Source: Syncephalis fuscata S228
Taxonomy: Eukaryota; Fungi; Zoopagomycota
Assembly: GCA_025786725.1 (NCBI GenBank)
Contig: JAHLTZ010000002.1
Location: 620,001-684,000, forward strand
Reading direction: 5' to 3'
DNA: 64,000 bases
Positions 28,801-43,599 of this stretch are shown here, in pieces. A program made the position numbers and the translations under genes. The notes below the pieces were generated by a model that ran no database searches, was not told where the DNA came from, and was given only the letters and a program-made list of their open reading frames with translations. Positions within the stretch are counted from its first letter, which is position 1, and each line of letters begins with the position of its first letter.

Positions 28801-29181
28801 CGTCTTAATAGCGTTAACGAACAACTTAATAGGATGATTAAATTGGCTGTTCAGTCACGCAAACCACTGCAGCTACAACGTCACCGTCCTATGGCTATTC
28901 CGTCACATCAGCCTAAATTTGAAGAAAACTACTCGGTTGATAAACATTATGATCCAGATCGTGATAGAGCAGAGACTCAACGCTTACGGGCAATGCATCG
29001 TAAAGAACGTAAAGGTGCAATGCGTGAATTGCGTCGTGATAATCAGTTTATTGCCACGGAACGGGCCCGTGAACAAAAGGAGAAAGATGATGCGTATAAA
29101 CGCAAAATTCGTCATATTACTGGACTACTTACCGACGAACAAGGCGAGAAGAATAAATTGGAACGCAAGGCACGAAAATAA
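25857..29181 (+). CDS. NOP14: Nucleolar protein 14 (SSU processome), multi-exon
   Basis: NPFEVKLTRQKHEVVGRK, GGIIDRRFGENDATMSLEDKMLERF, IMKEVIAKSKMHKHERQ, IPFTFPAP, PKFEENYS, RKERKGAMRELRRDNQF. Confidence 0.96.
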
Positions 29182-29424
29182 TAGACAGGCATTCGCGTAT
29201 TATTTGCACATTAATATAGTTAGCGACATTCATGTAGTTGCTATAATTATGGTTATAATGATGATTGTTGTTGCCGCTTTATTCTTAGTATAATTCATAT
29301 AATTAATATAAACGATATTGAACTTTTCTCTTTCTCTCTTTCTCTCTTTTTCTCGTTATTAATAAGGAAAGAAAGTGTGTTATAGTTTGATTAAGGGGAA
29401 AACATTTAAAAACTATAACGCTTA

Positions 29425-32020
29425 TTACTCTTTAGGTAATCCACACATTGCACAGTCAGCACCTGGTCCCTCGTTAAGGAAGGTACAATGTTTACATTGC
29501 CATGGACCAGTACTATTTGTTCCACTGTATGGCTGATCTGCAGTATTGCCACTGCCATATGTATTGGTAGTGGATGTATGTCCTCCCGTAACTGGAATAA
29601 ACAAATAATATATATATATATATAAGTTTAGTGTTATACAAATAAACATAATACATAATACATACCCTCTTTTAGTAAACCAATTAATGCTTGCCATCCA
29701 TCCATTGACTGTAGATCACTTGTTGATACAGTATTAGGTGAAGTTATAAATTGTCCAAGTAGAGCAAGTTCTTCCTATATAAATACAGCAATATTAGTAT
29801 ATGTATATACATATCGATTACAGCCATATCTTACCTTGCTTAATATAGATAAATCATTAATGGATAGCAGTAAATGAAAATCGGATAATAACACCGGCAA
29901 CTGATCTGTATTACCATCAAGTATAGGTGACAAGTAGCGCTTTATTTCAACGGCGTCACCTTGTCTTAATGGTCGATTTTCAATTGAAAATTGATTTGTA
30001 TCGTTAAATAGCGGCAATGGATTTGTAGGTGCACCATGAGTTAGCTATTCATTAATCAGTCAATTAGTATAATTGGCATAATAGCGGCAGCTCCATACCG
30101 TAACAAGCCAGTATTCAACTGGGAAGCATGGCTTAGCATTACCACTTTCTTGTGAACCATATTCATTTTTACGTGAATAGAATACATCGGGAATGTATCG
30201 ACCGGGTGCCTCTGGCTTTACACGTAACAAAGATGGATTGATACTCGGTTCAATAAGATCGGCTTGTGACATGGCCATTGCCTCATTAGATACTTGGTAT
30301 GCACTAACTTCTATTTGATTTTGTGGATCACCTAATAGATAGCCAATAAGCTAGCTATTCCATACTAAACTGTAATCACTTACCGGATACAACACAAGAG
30401 ACAAATCGACTACCAAATGAACTGGTCGGTGACTTTTTCGTCATATATGGATGGCGTTGTTGCATTACAGCGGCAAATTGGCATTCTTGTGCTGACATAA
30501 AGAAGGATTTAATATGTCGTTTGCAAATAACACCGCCTTTGCCTTGGCCGTCATCCATCAAATCTGTCCATATCATACCAACCTATAATATAAAATAAGA
30601 AATTTAGCAACCAATTAATCGTTAATTGGCTATCTATCGCCACATACTGCCAACTTACTCGAGTTAGACCACAAGCAGCGGCTACTTCATCGGCTCGACA
30701 ATCGCCTTTAAAGTCTGGATCATCAACACCGGTCACTTCTACCCATAATGGATCGCATTTTTGATCTGGTTCGTAAATTGCTTCAACAACCGCTTTAACG
30801 CCCAAAGGCACTGCGTCATATTGTTCGTATCTTCCATAAAGCCAGCCAAATCGCTGGGCACCACTATGTCGCCATGCATCTAGAAAACGATTGATAATCT
30901 GCTGCGAAGAAAATTCAACATGATCAACCATTCGAAATTCCTGTCGTTTTAAAGTAACTGCACTTGGCTGGCATTTACTACAAATACTTTTAGGCCAAGG
31001 TGCATGTCCATTCTTGCAGTTTGGTTTTACTCGATAGTCAGGCATTTCCAATGGCTGATCGGCTATACCACGCCATTTGGAGAACTGGCCAAAACTAGCA
31101 TTTCCCGCTGATGCTTGGAGCTTTTTTAAATAAGCATAGAATGACATGTGTTTGATATTCTTTTCAGCTCTATATTTTTCATCATATGGCTATATAGCAT
31201 TATTTAAATAAAATTATCATATTAGATTGGTATATTGAATATATAGTGTTAGAATTACCTCTAATGGCATACAGTAAGTACAAACACCTGTAGAATGTCG
31301 ACAGCTTTGACAATAATACTATCAACAGACTACTCAAATAAGGACACTTTTTATCTATTACTTACAAGCGTGGATCTTTCTTTTGTGCAATACGACCATC
31401 CATTCGCTCCAATGCTTCATCCAATGACTTTTCTGTAGAGATTGGCGCCGCAGCTCCTGCCGTTGTATTGGCAGTAGACTCGAAAGCATCATTGTCGGTG
31501 GCAGGCTGCTTTCCCTTGCTGACAGCTGACATGTCATTTTTTGATATTATCTGTGCATATAACATTTCACCATGTCTATATAATGTAAATAAACATGCAT
31601 AACAGCAAATATCGCTTACTTAATATTCATATCAGCAAATGATGCCTCAGTATGATCAAGTGAATCGGTACCAGCAGGGTCGCGAGATATGTTAACGTCA
31701 TACAAATCATACGACGATAGAATCTCATTTAACTACTCAACAGCAAATTGGTAATAGTAGTTACTATTTGTTAATAGCTATTTATTGTCTGTAGCGTATG
31801 AATGTTTACCTTGTTTTTTAGTACAGACACATCATCGGTAGGCTCAACAGCCACTCGGTGCATACCTTCTTTGGAACGAACACGGATGATCTACATACAG
31901 TCGTCATTACAACCATAATAGCAATAGTAACAACAGCAATAATGGATACAATATAAACACAGGCATATATGTTAGATAACAAGCAGTACAAATGATATAT
32001 ACAGCTGGTGACCCTACCAT
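29425..32020 (-). CDS. NPL4: Nuclear protein localization protein 4 (Cdc48/p97 cofactor) with C-terminal RanBP2-type zinc finger; first coding exon is the ATG only
   Basis: M|[89 protein letters not shown]. Confidence 0.96.
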
Positions 32021-32109
32021 TGTCAATATAGTGTGGAATAGATATATGCAGTCAAAGGAATAAAAGGTTAATGCTGTCGTCATCCCAATTATTTATATTT
32101 ACCGTCACT

Positions 32110-33420
32110 ATGTCTTATACATCACTTGTTGATTATGACACATCGAGTGACGAAGAATCACATAACAACAATGCAGCGATAGACTTGTTGAATACAGTAA
32201 AAGTAGACGAGATTAATGACAGTAAACTAACTACAGTCACGCGGAAAAGAAAAGCCGCCAATTACCATGGAGTAGCTTGTAGTAATAGGTAAGCAGTGTG
32301 TTGTCCGTTTACACCAATGCTTATCCGGCTAGTAAACGAGCTGGTCTAGTTGAACAGTCGCAGTATAATCCTTCAGAGTTACCGTCACGATCGCCACCGC
32401 CTCCACCTCCTGCATTTCATAGCTTGTTTGTTCGTCCTGGTAAATAGACTAGATTGACGACTGACTTTCTATAGTCCAATAATACAGATTATTGACTATA
32501 CTAATAGGTGGTCCACGCGATGATCCTAAACAGCATCAAGGTAGAATACGGGCCACACCGCATATTCGTGGTAATTGGTCTACTCATGTTTATCTATCGA
32601 GTAAGTGAACTGACAAACCATAGCTTTAATAGCTTATTACTGTGTAGTTCATCCATCTGAGGAACTGAGTGTATTATTACAGAAAATGTTTAATGCAGCT
32701 AAACAAAGTGTACCCAATCTACAATGGATTCAAGCAACAAATAACACTTTTATTCAAACAACAAAAGATAGTGTTGAAGAGACGCCACAAATGTTAAATG
32801 GTCCACTAGGCACAAACTGGGATTTACATCTTTCATTATCGCGACCTTGCTATCTTAAATTGTACCAATTAGACCATTTTACCCGCCAATTAAAAGAGAA
32901 ACTACAAGATATACAAAAGTAACTGACCATCTATTATTGTTTAAATGTAGATACTAATGCTTAGTTCAGATTTCATATCAACTTTTGTAATGCGGTACGG
33001 TTTGATAATGATGATCAAACGAGAGAATTTATTAGTTTAAGTGTAGGCCATGGTCAGTCTCAAGTAAGTGGACAATTAATTAATATTACAACCACTAACA
33101 CACTTGTTGGCAACAGTTAGCAAAATGTGTTCAGGCAGTTGATGAAGTTTTGGTCAATTTTCGTCAACCAACTTTTTATCAAGTAAGCTATTAAATAATC
33201 TGTATAGTTTGATATCATCTAATGGTAATAGCCTGCACACTTTCACGCTAGTTTTGCTTGGTGTTTACGCGAATCTACGGAGGGGATTGATGCACTGGCG
33301 ATCTGTGCAGCTGAGAAAGCCGCTGGATCACTGGAACGGTTGGCCGCCGTATCTTCGACGTGGATAACTAAAATACACTGCCGTATGGGCAATCGATATT
33401 GGAATATGTCTTTAAAATAA
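32110..33420 (+). CDS. USB1: U6 snRNA 2H phosphodiesterase Usb1/Mpn1
   Basis: [41 protein letters not shown], and both HxS motifs ([15 protein letters not shown]). Confidence 0.9.
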
Positions 33421-33490
33421 ATAGTCACTACCAATCTTTATTTAATAAAAGAAAGCCGTACAAATGCGCATTTGGCTAATGATGCATTGC

Positions 33491-34198
33491 TTAGTGGCAA
33501 GAAAGAGCACGCTCTGCGCCCATTCGACGTCCAAATAGGAAATGGCCAATACCAGCACCAATAACTGTTGCGAACATCAAATAGCCGTTGTAAGTCATAA
33601 ATATAAGCATAATTAGAAATCCAATGCCGGTTTGCAATGCGTACAAAATAGAGCGCACAACATGTTCCTCTTTGCTAACACTATGGCATTATTTATATGT
33701 TAGCCATTAGTAAATAAATTGCTATTGTTTATACGGCTACTAACCTGAATGATATATATCTATTTCTGCCTTGTAAAGGCTCATCCTCTCCAATGTTTTC
33801 TTCATTTAAGGCTGCTTGTTGGCGGCTTATCTCAGCTCCTACTAACCGGGCATCGTATTGGCGAGCCTTGCTACGTAGCAACTCGTAGTTGGCCGTAATG
33901 AGTGCCACCACGACACACGATAGTATCATTGTGCCAAGACCATGGATTTGCCACCAGTCAAATATGATACATACGCCATGAATGTTCCAATTGAATGTCA
34001 TCTATAGGTTGTGCAAGTATGGTTAGTTGACACTATATACAGCGTATTTAGAATAGTCATTCCTGGACGAATACTTACATTCATGGAGCAAGAGCTGCCA
34101 TGTTCCATACCATCATGACCGCCATGACCGCCGTGTCCATCGTGTGGCATAGGCATAGGTGCAGAATCCATAGAGTGATGTCCGAAGTGGTGGTCCAT
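33491..34198 (-). CDS. CTR2: Ctr-family copper transporter (Ctr2-like), 3 exons
   Basis: His/Met-rich N-terminus, CSMN|MTFNWN....CIIFDWWQI, LMLIFMTYNGYL (MxxxM) and C-terminal SCH*. Confidence 0.88.
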
Positions 34199-34639
34199 TG
34201 AGTGCAAGTATCAAGAAAGTAGTTAGCAAGCCAGTAGGTTGTCGGCGATAGAACGCTGCAAATGATATGAGGGGCAGGAGAAGAAAAGGAGTAAGTTGAC
34301 AAGACTCGGATAAAACAAATGACTAATCAGTCTAGACTTATATGGCAATCTCTATAAATAGTTGCATAATGCAAATTCAAACCATCTATTTTAAGAAATA
34401 ATTGGAAGATTCCTTAAGGCGTAAAAATCTGAGTAAAAGTATATGAATTTTAGTGGACGTAGTTTGAAGACATCACCAATGAATAACAAGTTATAATTCA
34501 TGCCAGTGTTAATGGTTATAAATAATTTTGTATAATAATACTTTACTCAATAGTAGCAATAATGCATTAATAAATGTCTATTAAAATTTATATGCCATTT
34601 GTTTTAGCAATATATCAATAAGCAAAATACGCTATATTC

Positions 34640-35065
34640 TATTAATAATAAAACAGAAATAAGAACAGTTTTGGATAGAGGAAGGTTAGAAGAATATAAC
34701 ATGATATAGAATAAAATAATTATATACCGAAAAGAGTGTAATTAATGATGTTGAAGTTATAGTGCATATAGTGCAATGATTAAAGTATATAGGAATATAT
34801 AATGAATAAAATGTGTCTATTACATTATAGAATAGAATGATATATAGTGGTGTGGGATAGAATTGGGATGATATAAATGAATAGAGTATATATGTGTACT
34901 GAATATATGCATACTGGATAATGAATCTATGATGATGAATGAGTATTTGACGATTAATGTCATTTACTACCCAATTCCATCTTCAATAGAACAATTTTGG
35001 TTCAATTACGCGAGTATTGTCAACTATAGTCATTTGACCATCAAATCATATTAAACTGTTAATAG
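34640..35065 (+). repeat. Dispersed repeat family A copy
   Basis: CAGTTTTGGATAGAG...GTTATAGTGCATATA...TACTGGATAATGAATCTATGATGATG...GTCATTTGACCATCAAATCA is collinear with 61190-61545 and 23040-23385. Confidence 0.75.
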
Positions 35066-35334
35066 AAGCAATAAATAATAATAATGTTTATTTTACAAGG
35101 TTTAAATATTAAATAACTATTTGATCATCTAATGGGTTATTTAATTTAGATATTCACGCTTTTAGTATCTAAATTATTTGTACAATATTTTTAACTAATG
35201 TTTTTTATTTGAAACATAATTAATTTGAATCGAGTGGCTATATTATATTTGTTGGTATTATTATGCATATACTAACTTTTTACATAACAAATAAATGAAA
35301 TAAATGTATACTGGATATAACTAAATCATAATCT

Positions 35335-36318
35335 TTACTCTGTTTCCACGGCACGAGCGGCTGCTTCGATAGCCTCGGCTTCTTGTAGTGCAAGTACATC
35401 AACCGGTCCAAACTGCGATGCAGCAGCCTGTCCAGCCTCTGCACCACCTGCTGCACTAGCCGAAGCTTCAATAGAATCGGCATTTGTGCCATATTGCGCA
35501 TGATACTGCGCTACAAGTTTCTGTTCCTCCTGCCACTGTGCCACCGACCATAAAGCTGCACCAACAGCATTTGTAAACGAAAAGAATATATTTGCAATCG
35601 GAATTAGTTGTAAGAAATAACAGACCATTCCAAATCCTAGCCAATTGTCAATCACTGTATTTTTGTAACTTGGCTTCACTTACCAGCATACGCACGCCAA
35701 TGACGAACTGCATAGGCTCGGCTTTGTTTAAAGTCCCACCCTTTAACTTCAACATGGTAACGCGTTTGCTTTTCCCATGCGTACATCCAACCATTCACGT
35801 AGCAGAATACCATTGTGCCAGCAATAGGAATAGCATTGAGAGGAAAGGTGATAATAAGCAAAATAATACTAATAATACTTTGAGTGCAACACAGACCGCA
35901 ATCAGCCGCGCATCCACGGCAACACGCATCTGGACGGTCCGACAGCGGAAGACCCTTATCATGCCAGACGTAGTCAACCATGCTTTCCGCCAAGGCTGGA
36001 ATGATAATAAGCACAGCAATAAGTAGAATGAGTGCAGACATAAGCAGCGCTACGACTACGGACACTGTCCAGGCTAAACCGCTTGGACAGTTGGCTCTAA
36101 TAAGCGCATGCGCGATAAACGGCATGGCCGTAAAGCTGCCCGCCAACGACCCAAGAGCCACTACAAGAGCAATAAAAAATGCTAAAAAGAACAGCAGTTA
36201 GTATATATCCATGAATAGTATCAATACACCTACCACAAAAGCATTTTGCCCATAGTGCAGGATGTACAAGAAAGTACGCTATACCTTGTATCGGATAGCT
36301 GGAGGCTGGTAACAACAT
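35335..36318 (-). CDS. EI24/CysZ-domain membrane protein (Lds/Rrt8-like)
   Basis: SYPIQGIAYFLVHPALW, PLNAIPIAGTMVFCYVNG, RYHVEVKGWDF, Y.GFGMVCYFLQLIPIANIFFSFTNAVGAALW. Confidence 0.8.
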
Positions 36319-36514
36319 GTTGCTGAAGTAGATACGCTGTACAAGTGGTGAAGAAGAGTAAAAATATAAATGAAAGAAAAGTGCTGACCTTTGCGCACTT
36401 GTCGGCATTTAAACCAATCACATCCTGCAGCATGGCTTTATATTGTCGCATTTTGTTTTATTTTTGCACTGCCATTGCTAATGCAAACTAAAATATGCAC
36501 CAGTACACGTGTTT

Positions 36515-36935
36515 GCTATATCGAATACGCTACAAGACAGCACAAAAATATTCAGAATTGCTAGACTCTTGGCATTGTTTAATATTTGGTGTAATTCGTA
36601 TTTATTATAGATATGGTATTACTAAGCTTGGCATTTGCTTTTACTCATTTTATTTATTAATTTATTAAACTAAACATTATAAACATAATGATCATCTGAA
36701 CAATACTAATATTACTGTGAACTGAATAGGCAATACTATAAACATCATTTGATTCATGTCCGCCAGCTGAGTTTAAATAGTAGCTTAGCATGTCGATGTA
36801 GCTTAATCAATACCATGAATATGTCGAATACTTTGTCGTCAGCTTTATCATAATTTATATTAACATCGTCTTATAACAATACAATACGTTTATTAAAAAC
36901 TTTTACAAAATAAATTGGTTTAAAACACATAGATA
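36515..36935 (+). repeat. Dispersed repeat family B, partly shared with 43600-43770
   Basis: Shared TATATCGAATACG.TACAAG, CTTAGCATG..CTTAATCAATA..AATACTTTGT..CAGCTTT and AAAATAA.TTGGTT.AAAACACA blocks. Confidence 0.55.
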
Positions 36936-38981
36936 TTAGACTACTTAGTTTGAGTAACGACATGGTATATTATCATTAGTATATTTGATGAACAATTAGT
37001 ATATGCTCAGCATATTTTGTTATTTAAATATAAACCATCTTACATTCAGTTGTTAATTGTTTTATATTCTATTGTTACTATTGCCTAAATTACATAATTC
37101 AACAAAGTTCAGTTTAAGCTTCGTTGTACTCTAATTAAGCTTTTTCCCATCAGTGCTCATTGCATTTACTCGCCATTTAATTACTGACAGTATTATAAAT
37201 ACTTAATACTGCCGGCCAAACATTCAATAAACAACTTTTTTTACTTACAATTATTTTTTAGCTTATTTTCAGATTTACACAGTTGAGACTTCTGTTTAAA
37301 TTACTAAATAATGCTATTTATTTGTAATAAAGGTTATTAAACTATTAAATTAATAATATTTATTAACTTAGATATCTACACATTGATTAAGCCACCTTTT
37401 ACCCCTTCTACTTTATTTGGTTGCTTAGCAAACCTTACATAACCATACATCTGGTTTTTTAACACTATAATAATTAGTAGTTTTATGACCAACTACCTTT
37501 TATTCATTTAATATACTGCCATTAATAAATTTAACTTGCCTGTTTATAAATATTGGCTGACAGGAATCACAAATCACAATCTACGTCACTAAATTTCTTT
37601 TTCTCTTTCTCTTTCTCTTTCTTCACACTTGATAACATTACTAATTGTATATACTTTTATATTTTATATGTGCCATCTAGTTAGTATCAGTAATTAAATG
37701 ATTACTAGTTAATTGCAAACACCTTCTACACTATGCCCTTGCATTGCTCTTTTTTGTAAATTACCTTCATTACTTCGAATATTATTATTGGTACTTTTAT
37801 TAATGTATTAAGTCCATTTCTAACTTGTTTTTATGTTATGTTAAATATATACTGCGAGTATCTCGCTGTATGCTTTGTTTTTGCTATGGGTTCCCATTGC
37901 AAAGCTGTTACTAGCACGAGCAGCAGTGGAGATCTATAGTAAACCAAAGTATAGAGTAAAGTTGACTATATTAACTAATATCTTTTTGACAAATACTTTG
38001 TTCTTTGCTCTTTTTCCGCTATTTGAACATTTTTATTATTTAGTACTTTTTTAAGTACCGATATTTTTACAGCGTTGTATTGACTTTTCTTTTTTTGCAT
38101 TTCTTTTTTGGTCCAATATTGTGACTGGCACCAACGTTTATTATGGATTATTACAATATATTATATTAACCAATACTTAAAACGCGTCATCTTATGAATG
38201 TTTAAACAATTGTTGCTACATTTTATTTGATTAACTGTGTTTCAACAAACATGGAAATGAATATACAAATTGAGGGAAGCATTGATAGTCTACATTCCAA
38301 AAGATTTTTCGCCTCTCATCAGTGAATAAGCTGTCTTTTTTTTTTGTTTAGTTGTTTAACAATATTACTGATAACTAAAACTGTCACGCAATAAAATTCC
38401 CACTTTTCTGCATCTAATTATTTGTCTTTTGTTCATTTATTAGCTTTATAGTCGTTTTAATGTATAAATTAGCTATGAGGCGTTATATTGTAAAAATAGT
38501 GCCATTATTATGAAATCTGTATGACTACTAATTAGTTTTATTATATAGCACTTGAATTAATACTAAACAATATAAATACTGAGTAAATACAGTATGTGAG
38601 TTGAAATTAAAGATTCAAATAGCTATAGGCCTTAAATGTATACACTATTTTTACATCCGTAACACATGGATAGCATGTGCTTAATATAGCTACACGTATG
38701 ATTGTCATTTCTTAAGAAAATATTAATTTTTACTATATTATTTTATCATTACTTAGTCTATCCTTATCACTATATGTTTAGTCTAATTTAATAATTGGTA
38801 TTAATAGAATGTTTTTATAACATATACCAAGCACTTGACTTAATTATTATACATTTTTACATTTGTTTATACTTTAACAAACCATATTATATTTTCTACA
38901 TCTCTTATCCATTAAATGCCTTTGCAATATATTTATACTATCTTTTGTAAAATAATTTACATGTTTAATCATAGTTTATTA

Positions 38982-40958
38982 TTAACAGATTAAATGCACG
39001 ATAAGCAGCATTGAACAACTTTTACTGCTAATAAGCCAGGTATTAATTTTATTATATATGATAGACTTTTTGCAATATGTACTATCTTTGAGTATTGGCC
39101 GTGCATTTGTATCAATGCTAGATGGCATGGGTGTTCCTGTATAAGCCGTATACTCATTGTGTCTACTTTTTACTAAGACTGTAGTATTATTTTTGTTATC
39201 TATTCCAGTTACTCCTCTATTTTAAACTGATCATCAGGCTTTAAACGTAAATCAACAACAAAAAGAAGCACAATAACGCGCATAATATATGTTGATTTAA
39301 AAATAATTGCGTAAGTAAGCTCTCTCTCGACGTCGTAACTCCAGATTCCTATTATATTGATCACATTTGTAGTAAACATCATCAGATATCCCAATAAAAA
39401 TATTGCACATAGCTTTGTTACCTAATATGCTATTAGTAAATATTATTGATTTCTATTTCGCTTACTAGTGTAGTTTTTATACTTACTAGTGTCAGTGCAT
39501 GTCTTGCGGCACTATCCACTAATAGATCGTTTCGTTTTAGCCAGAATACTATACCTAAGCATAAATAGTTTAACATTATAGTATTTAGTAGCAACATTAT
39601 CCATTACCGTAATAAATTAATATAATTATACTAAAAGGTTGAACAACCAACTTAAGACAATCAATAGTCATCATTAATGTGCTGTGTGCCTCAAATATTA
39701 AATCAAAGCTGTAAATAAGTAATAAAGCATGGCCAATAATTGATAATATAAGCAAAATAATAATGCCATATCGAAGTAGCAGTAACTGTCGATTATTTTG
39801 GAAGATGATTGCAATTGAATGCCTATTAATTATTATTATTATTAGCAATAGGTTTTAATAGAATCAGAACATTCTTGCTACAGTATATAACATACCATAG
39901 CAGTAGCAACGTATAAAATCCAACACATAAAAAAAAGCTTGAAAAATGACTATCCATATATAAGCCGAATCATTTATCTCGAAAACAAACCCTGGTATAT
40001 ATACTAAAATATAAGACTAGCTTATTAGCATTCTAATAATATTAGTAATTGTGATATTGTCTTACATATTGCCGCACACACTGCAGAAATATATATTATT
40101 ATTTGTTGTTAGTAATAGTTCTTTTTGCTTTGACCAAACGGTACAAAATTATAAAACTGTATATTATAACAACTAAAAGTATAGCCTGCATGCAATATAT
40201 AAATGCTCGATAGCCGTTGATAAACGAACTTCATTCCAAGGCCCTGGTTCTATTGATACACCAGTTTATGTATTAGCTAGTGTGCAGAATATAATAGGAA
40301 ATATCCAAGTAGACTCGATTACCTTCTTCAACTGTTACAATGGCTGTTTTGTTTTGTTTACTGTATGCACTATAAACCTCCAAAAAATTATCATAAGCTA
40401 CCAACGCAATATTGACTGGTGAATCTTTTTTATAAATGTTTAAAGCATCTGTCGAATATGGTATGGTGTTATATGCACCAAAGCTGGCGCTTGAATTTGT
40501 ATAAGTTATGTAAAGCACTGTATCAATCGAAAATTCTCTTGTAGCATTTAGATACTGCTTAAGTTTAGAGACTGCAATGGCCGTCTATTCATGATGATAA
40601 TTAAAACATTTTGTTTCAATATTAGCACTGATAACTTACATGGGTGATTGTTGTACATCCGCTTTCTTGTGATTGCACTTCACCAACAGCAATAATTACA
40701 CTTTTGATATTATTGGATTCTACACTATTCAGTGCATATCGGGCTTTATCAAGGACAGATGGCAATAATTCGCATGCTGCGTTTAAATTAAATCAGCTAT
40801 TCCTAAAACTCCGCGAGTTATATATGGAGCAACCTCAACATCATACAAATCTTGTGTATGATATTGAAATGTTGATCGCCCACACGAAATGTGGCCATAC
40901 CAAGAACGGACGCGACAAAGTATAGCAACAATATAATTTTTCCTATGTTATTGAACAT
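38982..40958 (-). CDS. Signal peptide, ~200-aa ectodomain and about 7 TM helices (receptor-like); multi-exon, several frameshifts (possible pseudogene)
   Basis: MFNNIGKIILLLYFVASVLG signal peptide, an ectodomain with two Cys, VTVEE|EPGPWNEV linker, then successive hydrophobic helices (e.g. LRYGIIILLILSIIGHALLLIY, YLMMFTTNVINIIG, IMRVIVLLFVV). Confidence 0.55.
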
Positions 40959-41399
40959 TATGTAGAATTATGAAGTAAAAAGCAAATAAGACGGAGATTA
41001 CTAGGATAATGAACAAAGATTATTTAATTCATATACAAGTCCGGTCATCGCCATGCTAAAATTGGTGCATGCATGCTTTGTTCCTTGTGAATGTAAAAAA
41101 CCTGTTTTGACACTTGTAAATAATTCACATGATATTGGCAACTGTGATACAAACACAAACAAACGGATTGGAGGTAGCAAAGTAACATGTGATGGTAGTC
41201 CGCAGTATTGTAGGACTATTTATTTTATACGATAACAATAAAAGCTAGATAAGACGGCAGTAGATAGTGATACTGGCTAAAATACTATAATTTTACACGG
41301 GCAGCAATGCCTATGTTGTCGCAAATTTAAAACAATCGTTAAAATAATCTTTCTACTCCTGTTTCCTGTAATTGTGCTTATTATTAGTATTCAAAATCT

Positions 41400-42730
41400 G
41401 TAAATCTATATTCTACTGCCATCTACCATATCGGTATCTGTAATAAGTGAACGCCCAATAGTTTTATAAATGTTATAATATTCGATAAATAAGTTTGATC
41501 AAGGAAATTTGGACCATGAAATGAAAATAGTGCATGAAATAATTCTATTACTTCTACTATACCGCTCATTGGTATACCAGCTACTGTTTGCGATGGATGT
41601 GACATGCTATTGTGCACATCTCGATACAACTGTTTTCGCTGTGCATGTGGTGTGCTTGGCATCCAGCCCATAGTATTGGCCTTAGCATTATTGTCTTGTT
41701 ATGTCAAAGCGGAAGACAAAGAAGCAGCTATTCTATTGCACTTGATCGTATATGATTTTTCTTTCCTTCCTTTTTATCAATTTCAACTATAAAATAATGT
41801 AAACTACTCAATCGAAGCGAGCTTGATGCTAAATTCCAAGACATAGTTTACGTGATGTTGTACACTGAGTGTCTACACACAATTTATTATCATCATCATC
41901 GCTAAATATAAGCGTATTTGTATATCATTATTGTTTTCTAATGGTACGTTTAGACGAGCTAGATGGTGTCGAGGAAAGCGACATTGAATCACTTCCATCT
42001 ACTCATGAGCTGTCATTTACGTATAAATTTGATTCCAGCTCATTTCTAGTAATATTTGTATATAGCATCTAATCATACATTGACATTCATTGCAATTACT
42101 TACTAGCAATATCATAATTGATGAGGCGCACTTTTGAAATGAGATTTTTGAATAGACTAATTAATAGCAGCATCATTAGTGTATAGATTCAAAACAGCAT
42201 AGCAAATAGTGACTTGAATAGTAAGTTATGGACATGCTGCACGCGCTAGTGATATTCGCAAATATTTATTTACAGTGCATTTATAAGAATATTACCAACT
42301 TTTATATTCCAACATCTTTATTTTTGAAAAATATATATTATTATAAAGATAAATATAATAATAGCATATTTAATTTTATATAGCGCGTAGTTTGGTAAAA
42401 AGTCGCTAAAGTCTAACCAAGAAGGAAGATATACGGCCGCTTAAGCATTGTGTGATGAATGATTTAAGATGCAAAAAGTGGTGGATAAGCCATTACATGC
42501 CTCATCTTTATATTGTCAAATAATTTATTTATCTCAGATCTAAACCTCGCTTCAGAGAATTCGTATATTTCAATTCATAATCCGAATTTATTTATTATAG
42601 TTACTGCTTTAGTTTCCGAAGGCCCGATTATATTTGGTTCTGCTCCATCTTCTAAATTAGGTGGCGATGGTGATAGTAAGCAAATGTCGCCACATGTTTG
42701 ACCAAAATCAGCCACGCGCAGTAAGAAAAA
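41400..42730 (-). pseudogene. Decayed coding relics of unknown family
   Basis: Protein-like stretches on the minus strand (41423-41671; 42480-42720 LRVADFGQTCGDICLL...) broken by several stops. Confidence 0.3.
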
Positions 42731-43599
42731 TGTTATTTACGTAATTACTACTGTATGTCAGCCAACTGCTTATTACATCATTTGCTGTGAATATTTTGTC
42801 AATCATTAATTTATGGCAAATATGATCAACTATAATTAGGTTAATTACATGAATGCCTTACTCTTAATTAGCTATAACTATTGTGCAGATATTTGCCTGT
42901 TTTTCATATTCAAAACAATTGTATAAACACTATATTATTAATGCAAAATAGTCGTGAATATTTTAAACTATTTTTTCACTCTAATAGTATTGTTATTGTT
43001 TCAATATTAAGCTTATGTTAATATAATAAAAAGTCTAAAAACACATTATATAATTAAATAGTATATCGTATGTAAATAGGCATAAGAATAATACATATAT
43101 CGGACATTAACACTAATTACAAAGATACAACAAATATATACTTGTTTTTTAATAATTATATGAACAGTTACATAAACTGATAGTGCTGCGATGATGATAG
43201 AACATTGCAAAGTGCTTAGAATTTATTATTACTTATGTTTATTATAAAACAATAGGTTTCTAGTTTGTACAAGTTATTTAATTTATTATAGTTGAACTGC
43301 GATAATCAATGACTAAAACTAAATTTATAATCAAAACAATATTAACCAACCAATATATGGATTATTTATAGTATATATTTTTGGATATAGAGAGAATTAC
43401 TATATAATCGACCATTTTTACAATTAATAATAAAAAGTAATAATTTTTATGACATCTTCACTCATAGCTTTCACGCAAGCATTTATGACTTATACTTGCT
43501 ACTGTGATTTCATAGTAACAACATATTTTATTACAGTTATTGCTTTGTTTTTACACTGTCATTATTAACATAAACTACAATATGCATTATCACATGTGC

